Positions 48,121 to 61,363 of a DNA stretch of 64,000 bases are shown in pieces. Each line of letters opens with the position of its first letter. The first letter of the stretch is position 1. The notes below the pieces were generated by a model that saw only the letters and a program-made list of their open reading frames with translations, did no database searches and was not told the DNA's origin. Location of the stretch: the NCBI RefSeq assembly GCF_006345805.1, contig NC_042997.1, positions 177,878,001 to 177,942,000 on the forward strand. The letters run 5' to 3'. The DNA is from Octopus sinensis (Eukaryota). The position numbers and the translations under genes are program-made.

Positions 48121-50209
48121 AAAATAATTGTTCCAGGATGCAAAAGCAAAATCATTTGCATTTGTTGTTTATATCTCATTTATTGTTGATGTCCCAGTAC
48201 GGCCAGTGATTAAATGCTTTCTCTAGAGAGTTTAGTTTCCATGTTTTGGGCTCTCTCTCTCTCTCTCTCTTCAGTCAAGTAATTTTATTCTACTTGATTA
48301 TAAAATATTATGTGGAAATGTTTTTAGAATTTCAAAATGCATTTTGTATTGTATATATACAAAAACTCTTATTGTACGTCATTGACTGAATTTGAACTCC
48401 TACACGTCTTTCTTAAGACTGAGTGAATGTGTGTGAGTTGTTGCAGCAGCAGAACAATGTGTGAAGAAGACCAACAAAAAAAAAAAAAGAAAGAAAAAGA
48501 AAAGAAAGCTTTCAAATAACAAACAAGGATTTACTTAATCCCTAAAAAGCCATATTTAATGAAAGATATTCTTCAGAACACACATTTTTTAAGCTGGCTG
48601 CAAGAAAATATACAGTTCTTCTCATTCCTTGCGTAAACACTGCAATATTTTGGCAATGCACAAGGAATTACAGTATAATACTGAATATTTTGAATTTTTT
48701 GTTTTCCTGAACAAATTTCAGTTCATTTCTCTGTTCAATGTTGCATGGAAAGGTATGGATATTTCTTTTACTAAAAGATGTTACATGTTCACATATGACC
48801 AAACTGATTATCGTTGAAGCTATAAAACCTGTCTTATTCAAATTACTCTTGTTTTATACATTTTTCATGTTGTCTTTCTTTCATTATGTCAGCTAATTCA
48901 AGCCTTATACATGACATTGTGACACAAAAGATTGTATTTTTTTCTTACTATTTTGAATTTTATTCCAAAACTTGTTATTTTTAAACCAAAAAAAAAAAAA
49001 AAAGAAAAGTATTTATGACATATCTCAGCTTATTTGGATGTTTGCTGGGATGAAATGTAAAATCGAACACTGGAATTTTAGTTTGCAAAATAGATGAATG
49101 ATAATAAATATTGCAATGATTTAGTCTGACACTCCCATCTTGGCTATCACCAAAGATCTTCAAAAAAAAGAAGCAGTTAAAAAACATGATTCAATTTGAA
49201 TTGTTTAACCATTTATTTACCCTTGTCTTATATGTGTTGGATTATAACCCTTAGCTTATCAGTTGATTAGTCTTGAGAAAATAATAGTAGTGAATATTTA
49301 GTTTGCTGTGTGAAAAAAATAATTTCATTAAAAGTCTGTTGTTTAGTCCTAGTTTAATGCATTGTTTATACTTATAGCTTGTGATGCATTTTGTCCTAAA
49401 TTACCATGGGATTTATAGATAATTCTTTACACCATAACCATCATTAGCAATATTTTAGTGTCTTCCATCTCATCCAGTATGTATTGCATCCAGTTAAATT
49501 TAGATCACTTAATCAAAGTCCATTGATTTCAAGACATTTTTAAAAAAAAAATCTATCTTGTTTATTTATTTGTTCTTTTTTTCACCACCAATGCGAAAAA
49601 GAAAAAAAAATTGTTTGCCCATTCACATTTTCATTCTAAATGTCTATGTTTACTAATTCTTGATATTTTTTCTTCTGAGAAGTAGGGAATTTTGTTTAAT
49701 TGATCTTACATCTAGGGGTAATAATTCAAAAGATTTTACTAGGACTATAGTTTAGAATTGGGCTTTACTTAAGATATATAAGCTCTCTGAAATTTATATA
49801 CATCTACCAAACAAATGTACTTGGAAATTATTTAGATTTAAATAGTAATTCCCATTATAATCTTAATTATAATTAATTTTTTTTTTAATTTGTGAGTTAA
49901 GAATAAATATTTTAGTGATCAAAGTTTGTAGAGTTTAAGTTATTTTATCTATATTTACTTTAAAAATAGAAATTACATATGACATTTTAATTTTAGTTTT
50001 AAAGTTAATGAAAAAGACAGTCTGTCTTTTTCATTAGTCTCTGCTCTTTACAAATTATTTTTACTTTTAATCATTTGATATTCATTAGAAAACTTTTAAA
50101 AACATTGTTTAGATATATATGGGAAATGTAAATCTTCCTCATATAACAGTTTATATCTCTATATTTGATAAATTATGTTACCTTTTAAATAACTTTTAAT
50201 CTCTTGCAG

Positions 50210-50322
50210 GAGTGAATATTGTCGAATTGTGAAGCTTAAATATTGTTTGGAATCTGATGCTGACTGGGCTAAAGAATTCCGGCGTCGTTTGGGAACTGAC
50301 AGTTCAAAGGGAGGTTTCCGAA
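50210..50322 (+). CDS. Coding exon 2 (SEYCRIVKLKYCLESDADWAKEFRRRLGTDSSKGGFR)
   Basis: Acceptor ctcttgcAG at 50208-50209, donor A|GTAAGC at 50322/50323; phases (2 in, 1 out) match exons 1 and 3. Confidence 0.9.
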
Positions 50323-50461
50323 GTAAGCATTGCCTTTCTTTCACTCTTCTCATTTTCTCTCTCACTCTCATTCTTTTTCTTTCCTCTTTTTACATGTTCA
50401 TTTGTTTTTCTTATGTTTTGTTTCCATTGATAGAATAACACAAAATATGTTTTTGTTTCAG

Positions 50462-52371
50462 GTTTGGGTGAAGCTAAACTGTATGCTACTCAGTTGTGGC
50501 GTCAGTACAGTGAGCTGTATGATGTCCATCGTGCACGCATTGGCAACAGCAATTCAAGGGCTTCACTTGAAAAGCATCATTCACTTGATGGGTCTTCTCG
50601 TGACACAAAAGCTATTCATATCAGTTCAGGCTCAGCAATCAGTAGCTCAGCTGCCTCACTTCTCCCCCTTAGTGGCAGCCCAGACTCCTTGATCCCTCCA
50701 TTTAGACGTGAAGATGACAAACTACTCAGCCTCCACCTTGCTTCAATGGACGAATCAAACAACCATCACTTAAACGAGTTTCCAAGTTCATCCAGTCTGA
50801 ACATCAGTCCTCTTATAAAAGTAGAACGGGAAGAAAAATTTGAATCCTCCTCAACAACCATCAGCAATGAGACAAATTGGTCTGTTGACAATAACAAAGT
50901 AAGCTCTTCTCACAACACACCTGTTTTTCCATCTGTTGACCAGATGGAACTCAGCATTTTAGAAAGAGTTGATGTTTTACTGCGAAGAAGACGGAAAGAT
51001 TTCTTTCTCGGTTATACTGAGGACCAGTTACGAAACTTGAGCCCTTTTGAACGTCCACTGACCACAGTTACTGAAAAAGAATACCAAGAATATCTCTTCA
51101 GCGATGAAGGACAATTAACTTCTGCTCTTGCCACAGTTTTTGATCTCACTGAACCTTGGGCATTCCGTTTTAAAAAGATGCTTCATTTAAGTCCTGAGGA
51201 AGGTGGTTTTGCAACTTGGCCTGATGTTAAACAAGAACTTTATGTGCTATTGCAAAACCATTTAAGTGGCAATAGTAATTCTCAAGAATCTGTAGTACCG
51301 TCAATGCTTGATGGTTCCCATGGTACAATGCCATCTTTATCTTTAGACAGTGACCTTCCGAGTACATCAGGTTTGGTTGAAAGGGCCAGTGAAAATATTG
51401 ATTTTACCAATACAAGTTCTAGCATGCTGTTGGGTAAGGATTCATTAAAAGAATCAACAATATCACTGTTTAGTTCTGGCATTTTAAATGGAAGATTAAC
51501 GAGCCAGAAGAAATCTCCCGATTCTTCCGACAGAACAGTTGTATCCCAAGCATCCCCTTCTGCCCCTGAAACCACTGAAGATGCTATTACTATAGATGAT
51601 GATACTAATTCTGAAGATAATTTTGCTGCTGGTAACCAATCTCAAATGAAAAGCCCACCTGTCTCATCTAATGGCCCCAGCATTGACAATATCTGGAGCA
51701 CCAACAATAGTAGTTCTAATGATCACAGAAGGGCTGCAAACCATCTTCAACAGCAGTTTTTATCTGATTCTAGCGTTAGTATTACTTCGTCCATTGAAAG
51801 AAGTGGTCACTCTGTTACTGCTGTATCATCCAGTTTATCTGCGATGGCAACACCCAATCGCTTTGGTTCACCACTTGGTAAAGTCAGCAATCGTATCTCT
51901 TTAGATTTAGCTTCATTCGGTCGTAACCAAGGAAACTCAGAACAACTGGAATGTTCTCCTATGGAGCCTAGGAATTCTCGTGTTGTACCCCGTTTTAGTT
52001 CACAGTCAGCAATGGCAATGGACACAGGTAGTGTAGAAGTTCCTACAGTGAAGACCAGTAATCGTAGTAACTCTTCTAGACTGGTTGTTGCTGGTTCTAA
52101 TTCTCTTTACGCAAATAATAATTCTAGTAGTAAATCTCTGGTATCGAAACTTTGGTCTCTCAGAGATAAGTTAGCTGAACGCTGTCGTGACGATCCAGCT
52201 GTTAGCTGGCATGATAAATTGAGGCCACATTTGAAACTTATCCGATCACAATTAGGTGAGACTTACACTCTCCCGAGTTCTGTGCATGAAAGTATTGCCG
52301 ATCTTTTCCTTGTTACATTGCAGCTTGAGCTGCTCGACAAACAAACATCAGGATTCAGTGACATGTCTTAA
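50462..52371 (+). CDS. Coding exon 3 (1910 nt, terminal): repeat domain 2, Ser-rich disordered region, C-terminal helical domain
   Basis: Acceptor tttgtttcAG at 50460-50461; 635 open codons in AT-rich DNA; stop TAA ending at 52371. Confidence 0.95.
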
Positions 52372-55300
52372 TTATTAAAAGTAACTACAAACAAACAAAA
52401 ACCCAATTTGACTGAATTATCCTTTTTAAACCTTCAAATATATGGAAACACTTGTTTCTTAAATATTTAAAAAAAAGACTACCACAAAATATTGATAACC
52501 GTTTACAAATACCTTAGTCTAATTTTTAACCCTTAGGCTTACAAATATTTTGAATGAATTGTTTCTTATTAAGGTGAAAAGTTTTTAAAAACCAAAACAG
52601 AAAAAAAAACACACAAAACGGAAAACTATAGTTTCCATATTTTCCTTCCGTTCCCATATACACCAATCATTTGGTACCAAAATTGACTGATCAATCATTG
52701 CTGTTAATTTCTCAGTCTGTTTCAGACAACTGAAAATAACCGGTACACTTCTAAGTGTTCTTACTGTTCCTGAATATATTTTTAATTTCACCATTTATTT
52801 TACTGACATCTTCAATATTGTGTTTTACCAAAGGAAATGTTGAGTCATTTCGCCCATCATTTACCAAAATATATTCAGTTGCTTTTTCTTTTTTTTTTTT
52901 TTCATTATTTCTTTGGTTTTGATGTTAGAAAAATGTGTGTATGATTTTTTTTTTTTTTACAAGGGTCAGAGACCCATGCATATATATATACAAAAAATGC
53001 TTATCAGTTGTAGTCATTTTTTATAATTATTCCGCTGTGCCAGTAATTTATTTATAAATGCAATTATAAAACAACATTATATTTCATTATCTGTGACCAA
53101 AGCTGTTTTGTAACCAGGCTAAAGAAAACCAAGTCTAACTTGGGAAATTTGTGTTTCAAAATCATAGAACGTCAATAATTTACTGAATATTGTAAACTAT
53201 TGCAATTAAGGACAACTCACACCAAACATGCATACATATTCATCCCTCCATCAATCCATCCATCCATCCAAAGAAAATAATACATCTGTTGAAATATAAG
53301 TTGTTTCATATTTCATATGCTTTAATCTAAAATAGCAGTTTAAAAAAATGTTACAATACACCAATATTTTTAAAATATGCTTCTGTTTTGTTATCAATTT
53401 TTAGTTTAAGAATTGTCTCAACAATTTTTTTCTTCTTCTAATCCTTTCCATGCTCTTCTGTAATCATTTTAAAGTTTATGCTGTGTATTTAACAAAAACA
53501 GTAATAATAATAATAATAATAATAATAAGGTATGGCTGAATGATTAAACAGTTCACTTCTCCACAATATAGCTTTGGATTCAGTTCCACTGCATGACACC
53601 ATGAGCAAGTGTCTTCTATAGTCCTGGGCCAACTATTGCCTTGTGAGGGAATTTGGTTGATGGAATCTGAAAGAGTCCATCACATGTGATTGTGTATGTG
53701 TTTGTGCGTGTATAAATGTTTATAAAACCATGCTGAGCTGATGGTACTGTTTGCGGTTTAGCTACAAAGAGCAGTCATCATTTGTGTTTGGACTGCAACT
53801 AGTGTAGGTTGTTGATGTTTCTTGTTAACAAACCATCTGCCAGCTCTGTGCTTTTGGATTCCTCTAGAATAAAAATCCCTTACTTGAAAAACAGGTGAGG
53901 TTCGGTGAGAGGAAGTACATCCAGCTATAAAAATCTTGTGTCAAATTCAGCCCTGTCTAAACCATGCTAGCATGGAGAAATAGATGTTAAATGAAACAAA
54001 ATGTTGATATTAATATTTGTAATTATAACAACAAATTGGTTTTTGTTGGATGGAAGGTATAGCTATATATCCATTAAATAGTGCCTTAAGCATTTTTGGA
54101 TCTTTGTAAAAAAAAAAAGCGAACTAAACAATATAATTGTATTATATTGATGATAATAACTCTACAGTTTATATGATAAATTATTTTTACACTGGGTTTA
54201 CATAATGTCAGATTCCAGAGTGAACTTGAAAGAAAGAGACAAAATTATTTCTGACAATGTGTTTTTGCCTTTGTTTCAAATTTTTATTGAAATATGACTT
54301 GTTTAAATCTGTTTTTTATTATTAACAAACCAGAAATTATTTTCTAATGTTGATGTTTACAGGTTTAACTCTTTCACAATCATATTTCTAATGAAATACA
54401 CTGTTTGGTGATGCATTTCACTTAATTTTGGAAATAATCAAGAATTTTGAGGGATATAAGTAAAATAATTGATTTTTTTCATTATTAAGCTGGTGTTTGG
54501 AACATAACTGAAAATATTCCTAGACGTAATTATGACAGAAGGTTTTAATTTAAATGTGAACACTTTAAACCAGGAGGTTTTTCAATCATGAAACCGGAGA
54601 TGGTTTCAGGTGAGATGTCAAAAGAATTCATTAAAAATTATGCTATCTTTTGCCAACAGAAATTTTTAACATAAAAAATTCTGAAATGAGTTGGCAGCAT
54701 TCTTCTTTTTACTTTTTTTTCCTTTTTTTTTTTTTTCCTAAATTTTATTTCAGCAAAAACAGAATAGTGTTTGCATTAGAAAATCCATAGAAATGAATTT
54801 AAAATGAAACCAAAAAGAGAAAGTGTTTCTTTAAAAAAAAATATTTCCATACATAAACCCCATTCCTAAATTTCTACAAACTTTTCGTTAAAGACTTTTA
54901 TACTGTAATGAGTTATACTCTCTACTTTCCAACATTTTATCTCTTGTATTAATTCCCATTTTAGCAGGGATTTGATCATTCTAAAAATTGAGACATTCTG
55001 CAAGAATGTTGTAGTTTTATCCTTAGATTGGCCCTGATTGAGCAGACTTTTGATCAAAGGTGTTCCACACATGACCTTTCTGTTTATTTTTATTCTAGAC
55101 ATAATCAGGTCAGTGGTTTTCAAACTGACAAATGTTAGGCTTCCCTCCTTCCAAAACTATTACTGGTGTTTTTGCCCCAAACCTTATTAATGAAATTATA
55201 AAATAGCTTACCTCCATACAATTCTTCTGTCGTCATCATGGCTTTGATCAAGTTTGAAAAGTTTAAAAAGAAAAAACAGAAACCCACCCTATTTTATTAA

Positions 55301-55511
55301 AAGTAGCAATTTGTCTGACTCTTTTCAATCTTCACGAAACTCTCCCCATGTAGCCACCCCTGGGCTACATTATCTCATGTATCCTATATTTTTAGAACAG
55401 TAAGGTGTGATTTGAAGGATATTTAATTGCTACTTCTAGCAGGTCAGGTCACCATGCAGAGGTTCTTTTAAGAATTGTTAGTTTGTGTTTCATTCCAGAT
55501 ACCCATCTTAA

Positions 55512-55723
55512 CACCTTGGCATTCAGATTATTCTATCAAATGTAATACTTATTTAGTCATTGTTTTGAATTGATCATGCATTATGTGATAGCTTCAAGAT
55601 TGCAATGATGTAATTGTTTGTTTTTAAAATGACATTGGTAGGTGAGAGGCTGAATCTGATCAATTTGCACTTAAAACAGGAAACTTATTTTGGCCAGACA
55701 TGGCCAATATAAATGCTAAAGTG
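55512..55723. mobile_element. piggyBac-type MITE (same family as 16927-17147)
   Basis: TTAA|CACCTTGGCATT ... AATGCTAAAGTG|TTAA. Confidence 0.8.
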
Positions 55724-56186
55724 TTAAATTCCAATTGTTTTCCATTATATTCAAGTAAAGTTGTGAGTTGTGTGTCTTGCCTATGGACACACACCCTATA
55801 AATATTTGTGCCAAGTGTTTGACTTTCAGTATATGGATCAACAGCTCTTTACTTTAAGTTATTTGAACCCCAAAACTAAGAAATATGTAAACGGTATGAA
55901 TATGGGAAAGTAAAGGTGGTGTGTGATGTAAGTGATACAGGAATTTATAACACACATACACACACAAGTTCGTTTGAAGCTCAGGATTCATTTTGTTACA
56001 ACCATCAATTTCTCTTTATGTGTTGATCATTCATTTGGTAAGATGAATCATTGTTTTGTTGCTTGAAGGATTGATTGCATGTAACTTTAAACTCTTGTAG
56101 GGACGCAGTATTTCATTGTGCTGCCATAATATACTGTAAAGTATATTAAACATTTTTATAAGTCAATATTTTATTCTACTGTGTTA

Positions 56187-56759
56187 GTGCGCTTAGGAAT
56201 CTGGAGTAGAGGCAGACCCAGGAAGACATGGGATGAGGTTGGTCAGGCATAACCTTCGAATGTTGGACCTCAAAGAGGCAATGACGAAAGACTGAAACCT
56301 CTGGAGATATACTGTGACTGTGAAGACCCGGCAAATAAAGTGAGTTCACGGCTGTATCCTACACCAGTTTCGCATAACCAGCCCCAGCCCATTCAAAAGT
56401 ACCTTGGATCGTAGGGTGACCTGCTGTGCTTGAGGAGACCTATTGAGCCAAGTATATCAACATCAAACTGAAAATCAAATGGAAATTGTAGTTGTGATAT
56501 CTGTGCCGGTGGCACATAAAAAAGCACCATCCGAACGTGGCTGATGCCAACACCGCCTTGACTGGCTTCTGTACTGGTGACATGTAAAAAGCCCTCACTA
56601 CACTCATGGAGTGGTTGGCATTAGGAAAGGCATCCAGCTGTAGAAACACTGCCAGATCAGACTGGAGCCTGGTACAGCTTCCTGACTTCCCAGACCCCAG
56701 TTGAACCATCCAACCCATGCTAGCATGGAAAACGGACGTTAAATGATGATGATGATGAT
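56187..56759 (+). mobile_element. RTE LINE 3' end: ORF C-terminus, 3' UTR and (GAT)n tail
   Basis: RGRPRKTWDEV-VRHNLRMLDLKEAMTKD*NLWRYTVTVKTRQIK* (stop at 56341-56343), then a UTR that ends in the family C sequence. Confidence 0.9.
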
Positions 56760-58282
56760 TCTATAGAAATGATAGCCAGCACTGATTTTTGTTACAGCAC
56801 TTCATATCTGAGATGTCAGATACAAACAATCAGTGAGACCAAAAATGGATGCTCAGATATGGAATTCTGTAGAAAATCTATAGAGGTAACCTTAACTAAT
56901 GATTTAAACTCTAGATGATAACAGTGAATTAAATTAACAGCTTCAAATGAATAAATAAACTCTTAAATGTTCTGTGTACTTTTATTACCACCTGTTTACT
57001 CCCCCCCACCACCACACATACAAACAGATAGGTAGATTACACATCTAAACATGTTAAGTACTTTCTATTCACCATTCCATACACACAGAATTTCTAAGCA
57101 GAGTCAGGAAAAATAAACCTGGTCAATATCAATTCAAAACTCTTGAAAATTCCTTAATTTCAATTGCAGTGATGGAACATTCAATCTGGTTCAACTATAA
57201 TTAAAATTTTGCAGATGTATTTAGATTTTGTTGGTATGTATGTATATTTTGGAATGGTATAAAGTTATAAATAATAGCTTGTAAATATTGGGTCTGAAAA
57301 AACCCTTAGACTTAAAAGACCAAAGCTTCCTTTGGGACTTGAACCCACATCATCTGTAAAGATTTTTATGCCTTTGTCAGAGAAGAAAGGGCAATGGCTA
57401 TGACATTTCTTTAACTTCAATCTCTGATAGATATTAGAAAGGGACAAAAACACTATGAACCATGAATTGACCTTCAGCCCAGAGACCAGGTTCAAATGTT
57501 TGTAACAGAAGAGGTTCCATTAAAAGTACTCGAGATCAACAACGTGATGGCAATGTATACAATTGAGTCTATCAATCATTTTAGACACTAAGGGTGATAA
57601 AAATGTTATTCCCTGCTATTCTGGTTAGTTGTTATATTTAATTTGAAGAACTATAAGTTTTCACTAATTTTTCATTTTTTTAAAAATAAAGATTTGTTTC
57701 TTAGGTAATAAGAAACTTAAAGGGGAGTTGAACAGCAGAAAGTCTTCAGAGAAGAAACCCACTCCCAGCCCTTAATTTATTACACTTTAAAGGGGCTGGA
57801 CTGTGTTCAGGTTATGAAGCCTGTATACCCCTCTGCTATCATATTTTGTATTACTGTCTGCATCGCAACCCTCTTGAACAGTTAAAGTGCCCTAGAGTCA
57901 AGTTCATCCAGGTTCAGTCTAGATGTCAGTTGACTGTAGGGTAAATTTTGTTTTCTGAAATTCACTTCTATTCCTCCTTTTAACAGATCCACTTGGAACA
58001 CTTCTCATCCTTAAGAATTCTGGTTCTCTTCTTAAATATTTATTTATAAGAGAAATGGCAAATTGTCATGTTGATGATGCTCTTTTCTGATGGCATTATT
58101 AACTTGAAATGTGAAGTAGGTTCAACCAGAAATCAAACAAGATTTTGCATGCTAGGGGTCACCAAAGGTGCATTTTAACTGTTATATATTCATATTTATT
58201 TCAGTGTTATTTTATATTTTTTATTTCAATAAATGTATGTCAAGGAGTCAACATCATTGTGAAATGTGGAAAATGGGGAAAT

Positions 58283-58417
58283 AATTTCATTGTTATATAA
58301 AAGAGTTACAAATTCCATGTTATATAAAATAGAGAAGAAATTTCATTGTTATATAAAAGAGTTACAAATTCCATGTTATATAAAATAGAGAAGAAATTTC
58401 ATTGTTATATAAAAGAG
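58283..58417. repeat. 2.4 x 56-bp tandem repeat built from two related 28-bp subunits
   Basis: aatttcattgttatataaaagagttaca + aattccatgttatataaaatagagaaga; units start at 58283, 58339 and 58395. Confidence 0.9.
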
Positions 58418-59075
58418 CTGAAAAGAAAAAGGTATTGAGCTGTGAGCTTAGTGTCCATGACATTATATCCTATTATATGTACTATGACGGTTTAGTGGTG
58501 AAGAATTAAACATTTGGTCTGATAGCAGAACACGTAAGAATTGGTGGTGATGATGGTTTAGAGAGCTAAATGGAAACTGCAGGTTTACTGTGAATAGAAT
58601 CATAATAATTTAGGGAGAAATCTGAGCTAAGTTAGTTGATTTATGTTATTTGGTTGAAGGTTTGCTTTCTTTTTATTTTATGGCAGATAATGTTTTTTTT
58701 TCATATTTCAGAAGGAAACAAAATTTGAAGGAATCCCTGCTTTGTAATTAATGTAATTTGATTGACAATACATTCACCTGAAGCAGCTTAATTACCTTTT
58801 CTTTCTCTGTCTAAAACCACATAAATTAAATATGTGTGTATGATTTTTACAAGGATAAAATAACACTTACTTTCAAGTTTCACCTTCTTTAGACTCTGGT
58901 AAAGGCAACAGAGCTGAAACTTGAAAGTACATGTCAGCCTTTTCCTCTACTAAAAGGGGTTGAATGAGTCTTCAATTAATGTACATCCGCTTTTTCAGGG
59001 GTTTTTTTTTTCCATATATAACTATACATAAAAAGAAACCTCAATTTTCCAATTACTTATTTTTAATTTAATTAA

Positions 59076-59290
59076 CCCTTTCGTTACCGTATTTATTTTG
59101 AGATGCTCTGTGTTTCTTTGAATTACTTTAAATATAACAAAGAATTTAGTAAAATAACTTAATTATCATTCAGCTAGTGTTAGGAACATAAATTGTGACT
59201 AAGATGGAAGATTTTAATTCAGAACTTATGAAAACAAGACATTTGTAATCAGAGCCAGAGCCGGTTTTGGCCGGGTTGGTAACGAAAGGG
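59076..59290. mobile_element. piggyBac-type MITE (inverted copy of 24396-24602)
   Basis: TTAA|CCCTTTCGTTAC ... GTAACGAAAGGG; the right TTAA is missing. Confidence 0.85.
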
Positions 59291-61363
59291 AGACATGTGC
59301 TGATCATTTTATTTTTTTTTCATATTGTTTCATGTTTATATTTTTTTATTTGACCAACTAATCACATTGTAACTTTCAGTTGACAATTTATAGACCCTCA
59401 ATTGAAATTGTAAAGATTGATAACATGACCAAACATTTGATCAATGCTTATAATGAAATTTAGCTTTACTGAATTTGTAAAATTTATCCAATTTTGCAAT
59501 TTATATTTAATTCTTGGCTTAGATTGTTTATAGTTGAAGAAATTTATAACAATATTTATAAAATATTTATCATGTATTGGTTACATTTTACTATGTTCTG
59601 ATTAGACATAGAAAGATTAATCTTGTAGGAACATAACATGGGGATCATCTTTTTGATGTACTATCTATTTGAATATCTGATGCGCCAGTTTCTCCTCATG
59701 TTTTCTTTTGCAGATTTCATTTAGTAAAGAACCTAATGGCATGTTTTTTTCTTTGTTTAAAATACAACTGTTTTTATCAATGAAATACGGAGATTAAATA
59801 TGTTGATAGTGCAGACAGATGTGGTATGGTGGGATTAAAGAAATATTTAATTCAATGATTGCTGAGATCACTGGATGATTGTATTGCTATTATTACTTTT
59901 AGAATTGCATTTTTTTCACTGTAAAAGAAAAAATTACTTTAGATTTAGTGACAAACAAAATTTCCCTCTTAGTTTTATATCTTTATCATGATGCTTTATC
60001 TTAAGAAAGCAAGATGTTTGATGTACATAAATAAGACTAGCCTGTTATACAGTAATGTTCTTGTTTGTCTATTATCATTTCCTTAAAGGCAGTCACATTC
60101 TTTCATAAGATCTTTCAGCTAAATTGAACCGATTGCACAGCATTTTTGCTTTTATTTATTTTTTATTTTGCTGTGTGAACTTGAATAAAGTGCCAAAACT
60201 CTCTTGTTTTGATACCGGAGTGCTACATATTTGTTCTTCAGAGAGATCTAACATTATTATTTAATCAGTTCTTTTTCTTCATTCTCTCTCGAACCCGACT
60301 CCCATGAATGTCACAATTGTTGATGGAGCAAACTCATATGGTATGGTTGGATTAAAGATGGATTTAGAGCAATGGTTTGTTGACATTGCCGGCTGATCAA
60401 GTTGATATATTTTATTAGAAATTTTGCTGGAGGGGAAAATATTAAAATAAATAAATGGTTAGAAATGAAATGTAAATATAAGTGCTTGATTCTTTCCAAA
60501 ATTCCACTGTTCAATTGTGGTAGACATCAATAAAACTTATATTGTTTTTTTTTTCCTTCCTCTTAATCGGTGATATAATATAGAGAATATTTACTTGAAA
60601 CTCTGGTTTCCTGTTATTTTTATCAGAATTATATTTTCAGTGATAGTCTCAACATTTTTTTCAGCAGTAAATTCAATATATTTCATATATTTTTAGAGGA
60701 AAAAAAAATTCATATTAGTTGCAAAACAACCACAAAATGTATAAAAAGAAATTTTTAATATTTTTAGAATATTGAAACATTCCTCATTTTCTTTGTTTTT
60801 TTTTCTTCCCTAACAGACTATTTATTATTCCTATTAATAAATGCAGATTTAATTACCTTCTACTTTTCTATTTTATGTGTGTATGTGTCTCTATTTCTCT
60901 CATATTTAATAATGAACTGGATGAGTGAGCACTTGACATTGGGAGGGTAGATAATCAATTCTGTTTGGAACTCAGCTTCATGCCTAATGAAAACCAATGC
61001 CATTTGTGATTTGAATTCTTGTTGAAAAATTATTAACTTTTCATGCTGATGAAAAATCAATGATTTATGTTACGCTCCAGAAACATAACGTTAATTATAT
61101 ATGCACAGTTGTGGCTTCCCAACCACATGTTACCAGGTTTAGTTCCAATATGTGACACATTGACCAAATGTCTTCTACTGTAGCCTCAGGCCGGCCAAAG
61201 CCTTATAAGTGGATTTGGTAGATGGAAACTGAGAGAAACCTGTTGCATATATGCATGTGTGCATTACTGTCTCCTTGCCTTGACATTGCATGCTTGGTAA
61301 GCAAGTCAGTGGTGTTCTTCGTTTACAATTTTCCAAGACATTGGTCAGGTAGAAATACTACCT

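Noticed and set aside
50330-52025. Overlapping or antisense ORFs (50330-50692, 51282-51575, 51671-51904, 51807-52025)
   Set aside because: Shadow frames of the Ser-rich real exon.
57250-57600. Coding-looking stretch with a tRNA B-box-like gggacttgaacccac
   Set aside because: Stops in all frames, no cloverleaf and no recognisable family.
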